A DNA stretch of 64,000 nt from Candidatus Eiseniibacteriota bacterium (GTDB lineage Bacteria > Eisenbacteria > RBG-16-71-46). The stretch covers positions 15,140 to 79,139 of the forward strand of contig JBGPFC010000018.1 of assembly GCA_041483195.1 (NCBI GenBank). Reading direction: 5' to 3'. Below the pieces are notes generated by a model, which saw only the letters and a list, made by a program, of their open reading frames with translations, did not search any database and was not told the origin of the DNA. A program made the position numbers and the translations under genes. This document shows positions 22,312 through 34,664 of the stretch, one piece after another (positions within the stretch are counted from its first letter, which is position 1; each line of letters begins with the position of its first letter).

Positions 22312-22533
22312 ATGAGCAAGCTGGAGATCACGTACTGCGTGCAGTGAAACTATCTTCCGCGGGCCACCAGTTTGGCGGCCGAGTTGAAGCAAGAGCGCGG
22401 CATCGACGCGAAGCTCATCAAGGGATCGGGTGGCCAGTTCGAGATCGTCCTCGACGGCCAGCTGATCTTCTCGAAGAAGGCGCTCGGGCGCTTCCCGGAG
22501 CCGAACGAGATCCTCGACAAGATTCCCGCGTGA
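22312..22533 (+). CDS. Rdx family (SelT/SelW/SelH) selenoprotein, CxxU
   Basis: MSKLEITYCVQ-TGA(22345-22347)-NYLPRATSLAAELKQERGIDAKLIKGSGGQFEIVLDGQLIFSKKALGRFPEPNEILDKIPA; Rdx motifs continue across the TGA. Confidence 0.92.
22362..22380 (+). promoter_or_regulatory. Putative bacterial SECIS hairpin
   Basis: GGCCACCA-GTT-TGGCGGCC stem-loop with G in the loop, starting 14 nt after the in-frame TGA. Confidence 0.6.
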
Positions 22534-22604
22534 CACGTCGCGGCTGAGCCCGCTCCCCCGCCGATCGCCCGCCGCCCGTGCCGGGTTTTCACGGAGGGCG
22601 GAGC

Positions 22605-23243
22605 ATGATCTTCGAGAGCCGGGATCAGGCGGCGCATCTCATCGCCGCCCGGCTGCGCGCTCATGCCACGCAGCATCCGCTGGTGCTCGGAATCCCGCGC
22701 GGCGCGGTGCCGATGGCGCGCATCATCGCGTGCGAGCTGGGCGGCGAATTCGACGTCGTGCTGGTTCACAAGCTGCGCGCGCCCCATCGGCCCGAGCTGG
22801 CGATCGGCGCCGTGGATGAAAGCGGGAACGCCGAGCTCGAGCCGCACGCACGCGCGCTGGGCGCTGACGATCGCTACCTCGAGACCGAGCGCGCGCTCCA
22901 GCTCGACACCCTGCGGGCGCGGCGCGCGGCCTACACGCCGGGGCGGGCCGCGATCGATCCGCGCGGACGAACCGTGATCGTGGTGGACGACGGCGTCGCG
23001 ACCGGGGCCACCATGGCCGCCGCGTTGCGCGCGGTGCGCGCGCTCGGGCCCGCGAGGCTGATCGCGGCGGCCGCCGTGGCGTCCCCGGAGGCGGTCGAGC
23101 GGCTCGCGCGAGTCGCCGACGAGGTCTGCTGCCTCGAGACGCCGGAGGATTTCGAAGCCGTGAGCACGTGGTTCGAGGACTTCCCGCAGATCTCGGACGC
23201 CGAGGTGGTCGAGCTGCTGGGCGGAGGCCGGCCGGGCGCGTGA
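22605..23243 (+). CDS. Phosphoribosyltransferase family protein
   Basis: LVLGIPRGAVPMA, HKLRAP..PELAIGAV, VIVVDDGVATGAT PRPP loop. Confidence 0.9.
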   Translation: MIFESRDQAAHLIAARLRAHATQHPLVLGIPRGAVPMARIIACELGGEFDVVLVHKLRAPHRPELAIGAVDESGNAELEPHARALGADDRYLETERALQLDTLRARRAAYTPGRAAIDPRGRTVIVVDDGVATGATMAAALRAVRALGPARLIAAAAVASPEAVERLARVADEVCCLETPEDFEAVSTWFEDFPQISDAEVVELLGGGRPGA

Positions 23244-23251
23244 GCGCGGTG

Positions 23252-24139
23252 CTACGCGGCGCCGCCCGCGCGCGCGCGGCCCGCCGCGATCTCGAGTCCC
23301 CGGTAGAACCTCGCGCACTCCGCCTCGCGGCCGCGCACGATGCGCTTCCCGCGCAGCGGGCCGAGCCGCGCCGTGATCACCGTGCACTGGCGCTCCCCGC
23401 CCGCGCCGTCGGAGTAGAGCACCACCCAGTCGCGGGTCGCGTTCATCTCGTGGGCGCGCGCGGTGTTCGAGAACAGCGCGGTGTAGTGCCGCTCGCGACG
23501 CGTGGTGTGGAGCACCGGCAGCCATGCCTCGTGGGCGGGGTTGAAGCGCCGCGGGGCGATGCGCCGGAGCGTGCCCTCCGCCCCGCGCTCGCGGTACTCG
23601 CGGTCCACGTCGAGCAGCTCGGCCACGCCCGGCTCGCCTACGGGCCCGGCCGGCACCGGCCCTCGCACCCGTGCGAGGCGGGTCGCGAGCGAGTCGATGA
23701 TCCCGGCGAGCCGCTTGGGGCCGAGCCCGAGACGCTTCGCGAGGCGGCCGTCGTTCGCAGCGGCCTCCAGCTCTTCGAGGGTGTCGATGTGCAGCTCGCG
23801 GTGCAGGCGCTCCGCGCTCTTGCGCCCGATGCCGGGCACGGTGGCGAGCAGCAGCTCGGGCTCGCTCTCGCCCCGCAGGCGATCCAGCATGGGCAGGCGC
23901 CCGGTCTCGATCACGGTGCGGATGAAGCGGGCGATGCTCTCGCCGACTCCGGGCAGCTCGCGCAGGCCCTGCTCGCCCTGCGCTTCGAGGATCGCACTCG
24001 CCGGGCGGTCGAGCGCGCGCAGGGTCGCGGCAGCGTGACGGTAGGCCTGGACGCGATAGGGGTTGGCGCCCTGTTCGTGGAGCAGGGCGGCGGCCTCCTC
24101 GAGGCGGCGGGCGATTCGTACGTTCACGATCTCGGACAT
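23252..24139 (-). CDS. Helix-hairpin-helix DNA-binding protein (PolX N-terminal-like)
   Basis: GANPYRVQAYRHAA, LPGVGESIA, VPGIGRKSA, GLGPKRL; C-terminal RIAPRRFNP..WLPVLH domain. Confidence 0.8.
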   Translation of the reverse strand: MSEIVNVRIARRLEEAAALLHEQGANPYRVQAYRHAAATLRALDRPASAILEAQGEQGLRELPGVGESIARFIRTVIETGRLPMLDRLRGESEPELLLATVPGIGRKSAERLHRELHIDTLEELEAAANDGRLAKRLGLGPKRLAGIIDSLATRLARVRGPVPAGPVGEPGVAELLDVDREYRERGAEGTLRRIAPRRFNPAHEAWLPVLHTTRRERHYTALFSNTARAHEMNATRDWVVLYSDGAGGERQCTVITARLGPLRGKRIVRGREAECARFYRGLEIAAGRARAGGAA

Positions 24140-24196
24140 GACGGGTATTGAGATGAGGGTGGCCCGCCCCGAGTTTCGCGCGCGTTCGTCGCGCCG

Positions 24197-24562
24197 CTAC
24201 CCTCCCCCGGCGCCCTTCTCGAGCGAAACTCGAAATCGCCGCGCCTCGAGCTTCTCGAACACGATCGTGTCGCCTACCTCGAGCCCGCGCTCGCGGCACC
24301 ACCTCATCATGCCCGGCAGCTTCGGCGAGCGCGCGCGGAAGATCCACGAGCCGTACTGGATGTCGGTCTCGAACGCGAAGCCGAGGTCGGTCTCGATGGC
24401 GAGGGGCTTCACCTCGTAGGGTCGCGGGGCATCCCCCGGTCCGCGCGGCCCGATCGCGTCGGTGGGGAAGAACTCGAGGATGTCCCACAGCGGCACGTTG
24501 CGCTCTGTGAACGTCCAGAGATCTTCCTTCGTGCGGATCGGGATGCGGCGGGTGTCGGGCAT
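24197..24562 (-). CDS. Hypothetical protein, possible B3/pseudobarrel-like DNA-binding fold
   Basis: Non-shadow composition; FFPTDAIG...ETDI...IFRAR...GLEVGDTIVFEK pattern. Confidence 0.55.
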   Translation of the reverse strand: MPDTRRIPIRTKEDLWTFTERNVPLWDILEFFPTDAIGPRGPGDAPRPYEVKPLAIETDLGFAFETDIQYGSWIFRARSPKLPGMMRWCRERGLEVGDTIVFEKLEARRFRVSLEKGAGGG

Positions 24563-24603
24563 CGACGGCGTTCGTGGGTTGCGGACGGCGGCGGATCGCG
24601 CCG

Positions 24604-25218
24604 CTATGCCCCGCCGGCGGGCGGCGGGACCCTGGGCCGCGCGTGGTGCAGCACGTCGCGCACGATCGAGTAGCCGTCGCCGCCGAGGCGGCCCACCGGC
24701 CGGAGCTTCGCGATGTCGACCGCGCCCTCGGTGAGCACCTCGTCGGCGGCGTGCGCGCGCACGATCTCGCCGACGACGAAGAAGGTGTCGCCCAGCTCGA
24801 TCACGCGTTCGAGCCGGCATTCCATGCTCACCGGCGACTCGCCGACCCGCGGCGATCGAACCAGGTCGGAGGCGACCGGCGTGAGCCCGGTGAGCGCGAA
24901 CTCGTCGACCTCCTCCGGCCAGTCGCCGGAGGTGCGCACCATGCGCTCGAGCAGCGGCTCGCTCACGACGTTCACAACGAAGTCGCCGACCTCCTGGATG
25001 TTGCGGAGCGTGTCCTTGGGCTCGCCGCGCCGGCGGTTGATCGAGACGCCGAGCAGCGGCGGCCGGCTGGTGATGGCGTTGAAGAACGAGAAGGGAGCGA
25101 CGTTGAAGACGCCCGTCCGGCTCACGGTCGAGATGAACGCGATCGGCCGCGGCACGACCGTGCCGATCATGAAGCGATACATGGCGCCCGGCGGGAGCGC
25201 CTGGGGATCGAGGATCAT
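24604..25218 (-). CDS. Flavin reductase-like FMN-binding protein
   Basis: VVPRPIAFIST..NVAPFSFFN, KDTLRNI, SPVSMECRL, RLGGDGY. Confidence 0.9.
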   Translation of the reverse strand: MILDPQALPPGAMYRFMIGTVVPRPIAFISTVSRTGVFNVAPFSFFNAITSRPPLLGVSINRRRGEPKDTLRNIQEVGDFVVNVVSEPLLERMVRTSGDWPEEVDEFALTGLTPVASDLVRSPRVGESPVSMECRLERVIELGDTFFVVGEIVRAHAADEVLTEGAVDIAKLRPVGRLGGDGYSIVRDVLHHARPRVPPPAGGA

Positions 25219-25220
25219 GG

Positions 25221-27872
<2,652 letters not shown>

Positions 27873-27999
27873 GAGATCACGCGATGCGCGGGGCGAATCG
27901 GATGCAAGGATGCGGTGGGCACGCGGAATCCTCCAGGACTGGCGTTCGCGACGGCGGGCGGCTCGGGGGAACTCCGCACGCTATCACATGTGCGAGCCC

Positions 28000-28464
28000 T
28001 CATTCGATCCAGCGCTTGCCACAATCCTCGCAGATCCAGCGGCCATGCAGCAGCGGCAGCGGAATGAGCTTCTCGATCAGCGCGATCACGAACCCCTCGG
28101 GCTCCGAGCCGCGAAAGTAGACCAGCTGTCCCCCGCACTCGGGACATGCGGGTGGTGCGCCCTCCGCCTGCGGGTCGGGGGCCGGCGGCTCCGAGTCGGG
28201 CGCGAGCGCGGGGAACGCCGAAGGCAGCTCGCGCAGCAGCGCCAGCGCCGCGGGCAGGTCGTGCTCCCAGACCTGCACCTTGACGCCGCCCATCGCGCCC
28301 GTGATGAACCACATCATCCCCACCAGGTGCTGGTCGGCGACCACCGGCTCGATCCCGGCCTGCTGCAGCATGGTGCTCAGCAGGTGCGCGTTGTGGGCGG
28401 CCAGCGAGTGCGCGATCGTGACGAGCCGCTCGCCCGGGCGCGGCTCCGAGTGCTTGTCGCTCAT
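28000..28464 (-). CDS. DUF2007-like protein with C-terminal zinc ribbon
   Basis: AHLLSTMLQQAGIE..GGVKVQV; CPECG...CEDCG; ATGA overlap with upstream gene. Confidence 0.75.
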   Translation of the reverse strand: MSDKHSEPRPGERLVTIAHSLAAHNAHLLSTMLQQAGIEPVVADQHLVGMMWFITGAMGGVKVQVWEHDLPAALALLRELPSAFPALAPDSEPPAPDPQAEGAPPACPECGGQLVYFRGSEPEGFVIALIEKLIPLPLLHGRWICEDCGKRWIE

Positions 28465-30332
28465 GGCGCGCCCGGCTCGCGCACCGCGGCGAGCCTTCCG
28501 CGCTCGAGCGTCAGCACCGGGCAGTAGAGCCCGAGCGGCTCGCGCCGCCACCACGCGCCGCTCGCGCGCCGCGCCCTCGCGTCGGTGAAGTGGTAGTCGT
28601 ACACGACGGCCCGCACGAAGCGCGGCGGCGATTGCGGGAACGGATTGCGCTCGAGCAGCGCGAGCACCGGCGGCGAGCCCTGGAGCAGCCGCTCGCAGAA
28701 GCGCAGGAACCACGTCTCGCGCCGGAAGTCGCCGATCGCCGCGAACCACATCTGCCAGTCGAGGCGCGGCATGTGCGGCGCGACGAAGCGCGGCCGCCGC
28801 GCGAGGTCGCCGATCTTGAACGCGAACCGGTAGGGCGTCCACGTCACGCCGTCGGCGCTGCCTTCGACCTCGATCTCCGGGCGGCGCGTGGTCATCACCG
28901 CGAACAGCCCGTAGGAGTCCGCGATGCGCAGCGGCGCGACCAGCTCGTGCAGCGTCCGCACCGGGCCGAGCCACGCGGCGGGCAACTGAAGCACCCGAAA
29001 CAGCGGAACGAGCGTGAGCGCGAACATCGCGACCGCCGCGCCGCGCACCAGCCAGCGCGGCACGCGGCGCGCGCCGGCGTCGCGCGGATCGCGAGCCGCC
29101 GCCGCGCCGCCCCAGTGGGACGGCCACATCACGTCGTCCACCAGCAGCACGCACAGGGCGATCGAGATCAGATTGAAGAAGCCGTAGTTCCCGGTGACGA
29201 GGATCAACACCTGCAGCATCACCATCGCGGCGGCGGCCATGAAGCGCAGTCGCCGCGGCGCGAAGATGAAGAACGGTGCCAGCCCCTCGACCGCGAACAT
29301 CACAGCCGCCGACATGCGCTGAAACGCGGCGGGGAGATGATGCGCGTACCACGCCGTCCATGGCGGGAGCGGCTGCGTCTCGTAGTGAAAGGTGAGCGCG
29401 GTGAGATGCCGCCAGGCTGGATCTCCGCTTCCGAGCTTCACAGCGGCCGATGAGAACATGAGCCGGAACACCAGCCAGCGCAGCAGCCACAGCGCGGCGC
29501 GCGATGGGGCGGGCGCGCGGTGCGGATGCGACGTCCACCGCCAGGGCGCGATGAAGATCGCGAGAAAACCCGCCTCGAGCAGCAGGCTGTCCCACTGGAA
29601 CCACATGAAGTCCTGCCCGACGCTCGCGATCGAGAGGTAGAGCAGCCACGCCCCCGCCGCGCAGGCCGCCGGCGCGATCCCGGCGATCAGCAGCGCGGCG
29701 AGCGCGGTGCCTGCCGCGCACAACGCGATCAGCGCGCCGTCGCTCGCGCCGAGCCAGCTCACGGTGGGCACCAGCCACATGCCGGCCGCGCCGTAGTGGG
29801 TGCGCACCGCTTCGAGGAGTTCCCGCGCGGGGAGGATGCCGCGCGCGCCGACCAGCCCCACGATCTGCGTCCACATCGAGACGAAAGCGCAGGCGTACAC
29901 CACGCCGAGCAGCCGCATGAAGATCCAGGCGGTGAGCGCCTCCCCGGGCGGCACGACGTGATTGCCCCACAGCGCGAGCGTGACCCACGAGAGCGTGCCG
30001 CGATTGCGCGCGACCCGCGAATAGCACCAGCGGCTCGCCGCGCCGAAGCCCGGCATGCGTTGGTAGAGCGCGAGCGGCCAGCCGCGGCCCGGCACGCACG
30101 CGAGCGCGCGGAACATCGCCTCCGCCCCTTCCGACCAGCGTCCGTCGGTCTCGATCAGCTGCGCGGCCGCGCGGAACTTCTCGAGCGGGACCTCGGGGAA
30201 TCGCGCAGCCACCTCCTGATACGGCGCGTACTCCACGCGGTCGCCGGTCGCCCGCCGCAGGCGCGCCATCCACGCGCGGCAGAAGCCGCATTCGCCATCC
30301 CATATGAAGAGGGGCTTCGCGGGAGTCTCCAT
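28461..30332 (-). CDS. DCC1-like thiol-disulfide domain fused to lipase maturation factor (LMF)
   Basis: WDGECGFC N-terminus; FQWDSLLLEAGFL, HYETQPLP, TGNYGFFN, SYGLFAVMT, PHMPRLDWQMWFAA. Confidence 0.9.
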   Translation of the reverse strand: METPAKPLFIWDGECGFCRAWMARLRRATGDRVEYAPYQEVAARFPEVPLEKFRAAAQLIETDGRWSEGAEAMFRALACVPGRGWPLALYQRMPGFGAASRWCYSRVARNRGTLSWVTLALWGNHVVPPGEALTAWIFMRLLGVVYACAFVSMWTQIVGLVGARGILPARELLEAVRTHYGAAGMWLVPTVSWLGASDGALIALCAAGTALAALLIAGIAPAACAAGAWLLYLSIASVGQDFMWFQWDSLLLEAGFLAIFIAPWRWTSHPHRAPAPSRAALWLLRWLVFRLMFSSAAVKLGSGDPAWRHLTALTFHYETQPLPPWTAWYAHHLPAAFQRMSAAVMFAVEGLAPFFIFAPRRLRFMAAAAMVMLQVLILVTGNYGFFNLISIALCVLLVDDVMWPSHWGGAAAARDPRDAGARRVPRWLVRGAAVAMFALTLVPLFRVLQLPAAWLGPVRTLHELVAPLRIADSYGLFAVMTTRRPEIEVEGSADGVTWTPYRFAFKIGDLARRPRFVAPHMPRLDWQMWFAAIGDFRRETWFLRFCERLLQGSPPVLALLERNPFPQSPPRFVRAVVYDYHFTDARARRASGAWWRREPLGLYCPVLTLERGRLAAVREPGAP

Positions 30333-30440
30333 CGCCGGAGTGTAGCCGGATCCGCCGGGATGCGCGCGCGGACGCGCTCGGGTAATCTCGCCCGCGACTC
30401 TCGCGGACCCCACGCCACGCGCGTACCGGAGGAAGCCGTC

Positions 30441-33400
30441 ATGCATTCACGAAGGCACCTGCTCTCGCTGATGGTTGCCATGACTCCATTGCTCATGTGC
30501 GCGGGTCCCGCGCACGCCGCGGCGCGCGCCGCGGGCGAACACGCCGCGCCCGCGCACCGGCCCGCCGCCACGGCGCACGAACATGCCGCCGCCCCCCACG
30601 CGCGCGGCGCGCTCGATCCGACCGATCCGCTGCTGCTGCGCGGCCTCGAGTGGCGCAGCATCGGCCCGTACCGTGGCGGGCGCGTCACGGCGGTCACGGG
30701 GGTCGATGGCAATCGCGGGACCTATTATTTCGGCGGCACCGGCGGCGGCATCTGGAAATCGGTGGACGGCGGTTCGAGCTGGAAGAACGTCGCCGACGGT
30801 CAGATCGGCACCGGATCGGTGGGCGCGATCACGGCGGCGGCATCCGATCCCAACGTGGTCTACGCCGGGATGGGCGAGGCCTGCATTCGCGGCAACGTGT
30901 CGCACGGCGACGGCGTCTATCGCTCGACCGACGCGGGCAGGACCTGGAAGCACGTGGGCCTCGGCGATTCGCGGCAGATCGGAGCCATCGTGGTGCACCC
31001 GCACGATCCCGATCTGGTGTACGTCGCGGCGCTCGGCCACACCTTCGGGCCCAATCACGAGCGCGGCGTGTTTCGCTCGCGCGACGGCGGGGCGACCTGG
31101 AAGAACGTGCTGTTCGTGAACGACAGCACCGGCGCGGTGGACATCGTGATGGCGCCGGGCAACCCGCGCATTCTCTACGCCACCTTCTGGCAGGTGGAGC
31201 GCACGCCGTGGAGCCTGCTGAGCGGCGGCCGTGGCAGCGCGCTCTACAAGTCGGTGGACGGCGGCGACTCGTGGACGAGGATCACCGGCCCGGGGCTCCC
31301 GGCCGGCATCTGGGGCCGGGTCGGCGTGACGGTCTCCGCAGCGAACCCCGATCGGGTGTGGGCGATCGTCGAGGCCGATCAGGGCGGCGTGTTTCGATCG
31401 GACGACGCGGGGCGCACCTGGGCGAAGACGAACGACGAGCGCACCCTGCGCCAGCGCGCGTGGTACTACACGCACATCTACGCAGACCCGAAGAGCGCCG
31501 ACGTGGTGTACGTGCTCAACGTGCAGTTCTTCCGCTCGAAGGACGGCGGCAAGAGCTTCGAGCGCATCGGCGTTCCGCACGGCGACAACCACGACCTGTG
31601 GATCGATCCCGACGATCCGCGCCGCATGATCGAGAGCAACGACGGCGGCGTGTTCGTGTCGCTCGATGGCGGCGCGTCGTGGACCGACAACGACAACCAG
31701 GCGACCGCCCAGTTCTATCACGTGATCGCGGACGACCAGTTCCCATACCACCTCTACGGCGCGCAGCAGGACAACTCGACGGTCGAGATCGCGAGCCGCA
31801 CGCGGGACGCGGGGATCGGCACCCGTGACTGGCACGACGTGGGCGGATGCGAGAGCGGATTCATCGCGCCCAAGCCCGGCAACCCGGACATCGCGTACGC
31901 CGGATGCTACGACGGCTACATTGGCCGCCACGACAACCGCACCGGCGAGGAGCGCGACGTTTCGGTGTACCCCGACAACCCGATGGGGTACGGCGCGGAG
32001 GGCATGAAGTATCGCTTCCAGTGGACGTTCCCGATCGTCGCCTCGCGACACGACCCGAACACGCTCTACGCCGGCGGCAACATCCTGTTCCGCTCGACCA
32101 ACGAGGGACAGAGCTGGGAGGCGATCAGCCCCGACCTCACGCGCAACGATCCGAGCAAGCTCGGGCCATCGGGCGGACCGATCACCAAGGACAACACCAG
32201 CGTCGAGTACTACTGCACCATCTTCGCGATGGCCGAGTCGCGGCTCGAGAAGGACGTGCTGTGGACCGGCTCCGACGACGGGCTGGTGCACGTCACGCGC
32301 GACGGCGGAAAGCACTGGGCGAACGTGACGCCGAAGGATCTGCCCGCCTGGAGCATGATCAGCCAGATCGACGCTTCGCCGCACCACGCCGGAACGGCTT
32401 ACGTCGCGGCCAATCGCTACAAGCTCGACGACTATCGCCCGTACGCCTACGTCACGAACGACTACGGCAAGTCGTGGCGCCGGATCACGAACGGGCTCCC
32501 CGAGAACGCGTTCGTGCGCGTGGTGCGCGAGGATCCGGTGCGCGAAGACCTGCTGTTCTGCGGCACCGAGACCGGCGCCTATTACTCGCTCGACGGCGGC
32601 GGCCGCTGGTGGCCGCTGCGTCTCAACGCGCCGGGCGCGGGAGACGCCATTCGCACCGCCGCAACGCGCGCGGTCGCGCTCGCGCGTCCCGACGACGCGG
32701 CGAAGACGGCGGCCGAGGAGCCGCGCGGGCTGCTGCCCGTGGTGCCGGTGACCGATCTCATCGTGAAGGACAACGACATCGCGGTCTCGACCCAGGGCCG
32801 CTCGTTCTGGATCCTCGACGACATCGCGCCGCTGCGCCAGCTCGGGCCCGCGGTCGCCGCCGACGATGCGCACCTGTTCGCGCCCTCCCCCGCCTACCTG
32901 TTCGGCGGACCGCCGGGTGGCCCCGGGCAGAATCCTCCGAGCGGCGCTTTCGTGTACTACACGCTGAAGCGCGAGCCGAAGGAGAAGGAAGAGATCACGC
33001 TCGAGTTCCTCGATGCGTCCGGCAAGCTGATCCGCAAAATCTCGAGCAAGGCGGACGAGAACGCGGGCGGCCCGGGGGCTGGCGCGCCCGGCGGCGAGGG
33101 CGGAGACGAAGGCCCCCGCGTGCCGCCGCCGCCCAGGGCTCCGGCGCGCGCCGGCCTCAACCGATTCGCCTGGAATCTGCGCGAGCCCGACGCGACCCGC
33201 TTCAAGGGTCTCATCATGTGGGGCGGCGGCGTGACCGGCCCCGAGGTCGTGCCCGGCCACTATCAGGTGCGGATCACGGCGTTCGGAACGACGCAGACCC
33301 AGGGCTTCGACGTGCGCAAGGACCCGCGCGTCGCGGCGACCGCCGCCGACTACCAGAAGAAGCACGACTTCCTCGCGCAGATTCGCGACCGGCTCACCGA

Positions 33401-33821
33401 CGCGCACGACGCGATCGTTCGCATTCGCGACGTGCGCGATCAGGCGAAGTCGGCCGCCGAGCGGGCCGGGGCGAGCGACCCCGACTCGAGCATCGCGCGC
33501 GCGGCGCGCAAGCTATCGGAGAAGCTGACCGCGGTCGAGGAGGCGCTCTACCAGACCAAGAACAAGAGCGGCCAGGACCCGCTCAACTATCCGATCCGGC
33601 TCAACAACAAGCTCGCCGCGCTCGCGGGCACCGTGGACGGCGTGAACGCCCCGCCCACCGATCAGGCGTACGAGGTGTATCGCGACCTGAACGGGCGGAC
33701 CGAGGCCGAGCTGAGCCAGCTGAAGGAGATCCTCGCGACCGATCTGGTCGCGTTCAACCAGCTGGTGCGCGACAAGCAGGTGCCGGCGGTGGTGGTGAAG
33801 GAGAAGAAGGCGGCGAAGTAG
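30441..33821 (+). CDS. Secreted VPS10/sortilin-like BNR-repeat glycosyl hydrolase
   Basis: WRSIGPYRGGRV, many SxDGGxxW Asp-boxes, HGDNHDLWIDP, YRFQWTFPI, helical C-terminal tail. Confidence 0.9.
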   Translation: MHSRRHLLSLMVAMTPLLMCAGPAHAAARAAGEHAAPAHRPAATAHEHAAAPHARGALDPTDPLLLRGLEWRSIGPYRGGRVTAVTGVDGNRGTYYFGGTGGGIWKSVDGGSSWKNVADGQIGTGSVGAITAAASDPNVVYAGMGEACIRGNVSHGDGVYRSTDAGRTWKHVGLGDSRQIGAIVVHPHDPDLVYVAALGHTFGPNHERGVFRSRDGGATWKNVLFVNDSTGAVDIVMAPGNPRILYATFWQVERTPWSLLSGGRGSALYKSVDGGDSWTRITGPGLPAGIWGRVGVTVSAANPDRVWAIVEADQGGVFRSDDAGRTWAKTNDERTLRQRAWYYTHIYADPKSADVVYVLNVQFFRSKDGGKSFERIGVPHGDNHDLWIDPDDPRRMIESNDGGVFVSLDGGASWTDNDNQATAQFYHVIADDQFPYHLYGAQQDNSTVEIASRTRDAGIGTRDWHDVGGCESGFIAPKPGNPDIAYAGCYDGYIGRHDNRTGEERDVSVYPDNPMGYGAEGMKYRFQWTFPIVASRHDPNTLYAGGNILFRSTNEGQSWEAISPDLTRNDPSKLGPSGGPITKDNTSVEYYCTIFAMAESRLEKDVLWTGSDDGLVHVTRDGGKHWANVTPKDLPAWSMISQIDASPHHAGTAYVAANRYKLDDYRPYAYVTNDYGKSWRRITNGLPENAFVRVVREDPVREDLLFCGTETGAYYSLDGGGRWWPLRLNAPGAGDAIRTAATRAVALARPDDAAKTAAEEPRGLLPVVPVTDLIVKDNDIAVSTQGRSFWILDDIAPLRQLGPAVAADDAHLFAPSPAYLFGGPPGGPGQNPPSGAFVYYTLKREPKEKEEITLEFLDASGKLIRKISSKADENAGGPGAGAPGGEGGDEGPRVPPPPRAPARAGLNRFAWNLREPDATRFKGLIMWGGGVTGPEVVPGHYQVRITAFGTTQTQGFDVRKDPRVAATAADYQKKHDFLAQIRDRLTDAHDAIVRIRDVRDQAKSAAERAGASDPDSSIARAARKLSEKLTAVEEALYQTKNKSGQDPLNYPIRLNNKLAALAGTVDGVNAPPTDQAYEVYRDLNGRTEAELSQLKEILATDLVAFNQLVRDKQVPAVVVKEKKAAK

Positions 33822-33827
33822 GCGCGC

Positions 33828-34664
33828 CTACAGCATCGCGCGGTCGAGCAGGAAGTCGAGCACCATGCGGTTGACCAGGTAGGTGCGCTCGAAGATCACG
33901 CTGTGGGTCGCGCCCGGCACGATGCGCATGTGCGCGCCGGGAATCGCGCGGGAGAGCGCCTCGGTGTGCGCGAGCCGCACGATGTCGTGCTCACCCGCGA
34001 CGATCAGGGTGCGCGCGCGGATCGAGCCCAGCTCCTCGGGCGTGAAGCGAGGCTGCGTGCGCCACATCGCGAGGATCTTGCTCATCGCCGTCTCGTAGTG
34101 CGCGGGATCGGGCGCGACGCTCTGGTACGCGGACTCGGTGGCCGAGCCGAAGCTCGACGCGTTCGCGCCGTTCATCCACTCCTCGAAATCGTCCGTGTAG
34201 CCGTCTGGCGCGAAGTTGGCCCCGAACGTCACGAGGTGCTTCACGCGCTCCGGGTGGTGGATCGCGAGGTCCAGCCCGACGTCGCCCCCGTCGCTCCAGC
34301 CCACGACGTCGGCGCGGACGACGTGGAGGTTGCTCATCAGCGCGAACAGGTCCTCGGCCATGGCGTGATAGCTGAGCGGGCCGGGCCCGTCGGTGGTGCG
34401 GCCCTGCGCGCGTGCGTCGGGCACGATCACGTGGAAGTATTTCGAGAACACCGGCACCTGGTGGGCGAACTGGGTTCCGTCGCCCCCGCCGCCGTGGAGG
34501 AGGAACAGCGCCTGGCCGTGCCCGCTCGACTCGTAGTACATGCGGATGCCGTTCACGCGCGCGTAGTGGGCGCGCGCGCTGAAACCGGAGCACGCGAGGG
34601 TGAGCGCCGCCGCCGCGGCCACCGCGACCGCGAGCGCACCGGCACGGGCGCGAACAGCGATCAG
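33828..34664 (-). CDS. Alpha/beta hydrolase, probable lipoprotein (possible CTG start)
   Basis: LLHGGGG, GWSDGG nucleophile elbow, GATH; lipobox LTLAC; CTGA overlap with pepT stop behind GGAGGAG (alternative GTG at 34622). Confidence 0.8.
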   Translation of the reverse strand: MIAVRARAGALAVAVAAAAALTLACSGFSARAHYARVNGIRMYYESSGHGQALFLLHGGGGDGTQFAHQVPVFSKYFHVIVPDARAQGRTTDGPGPLSYHAMAEDLFALMSNLHVVRADVVGWSDGGDVGLDLAIHHPERVKHLVTFGANFAPDGYTDDFEEWMNGANASSFGSATESAYQSVAPDPAHYETAMSKILAMWRTQPRFTPEELGSIRARTLIVAGEHDIVRLAHTEALSRAIPGAHMRIVPGATHSVIFERTYLVNRMVLDFLLDRAML

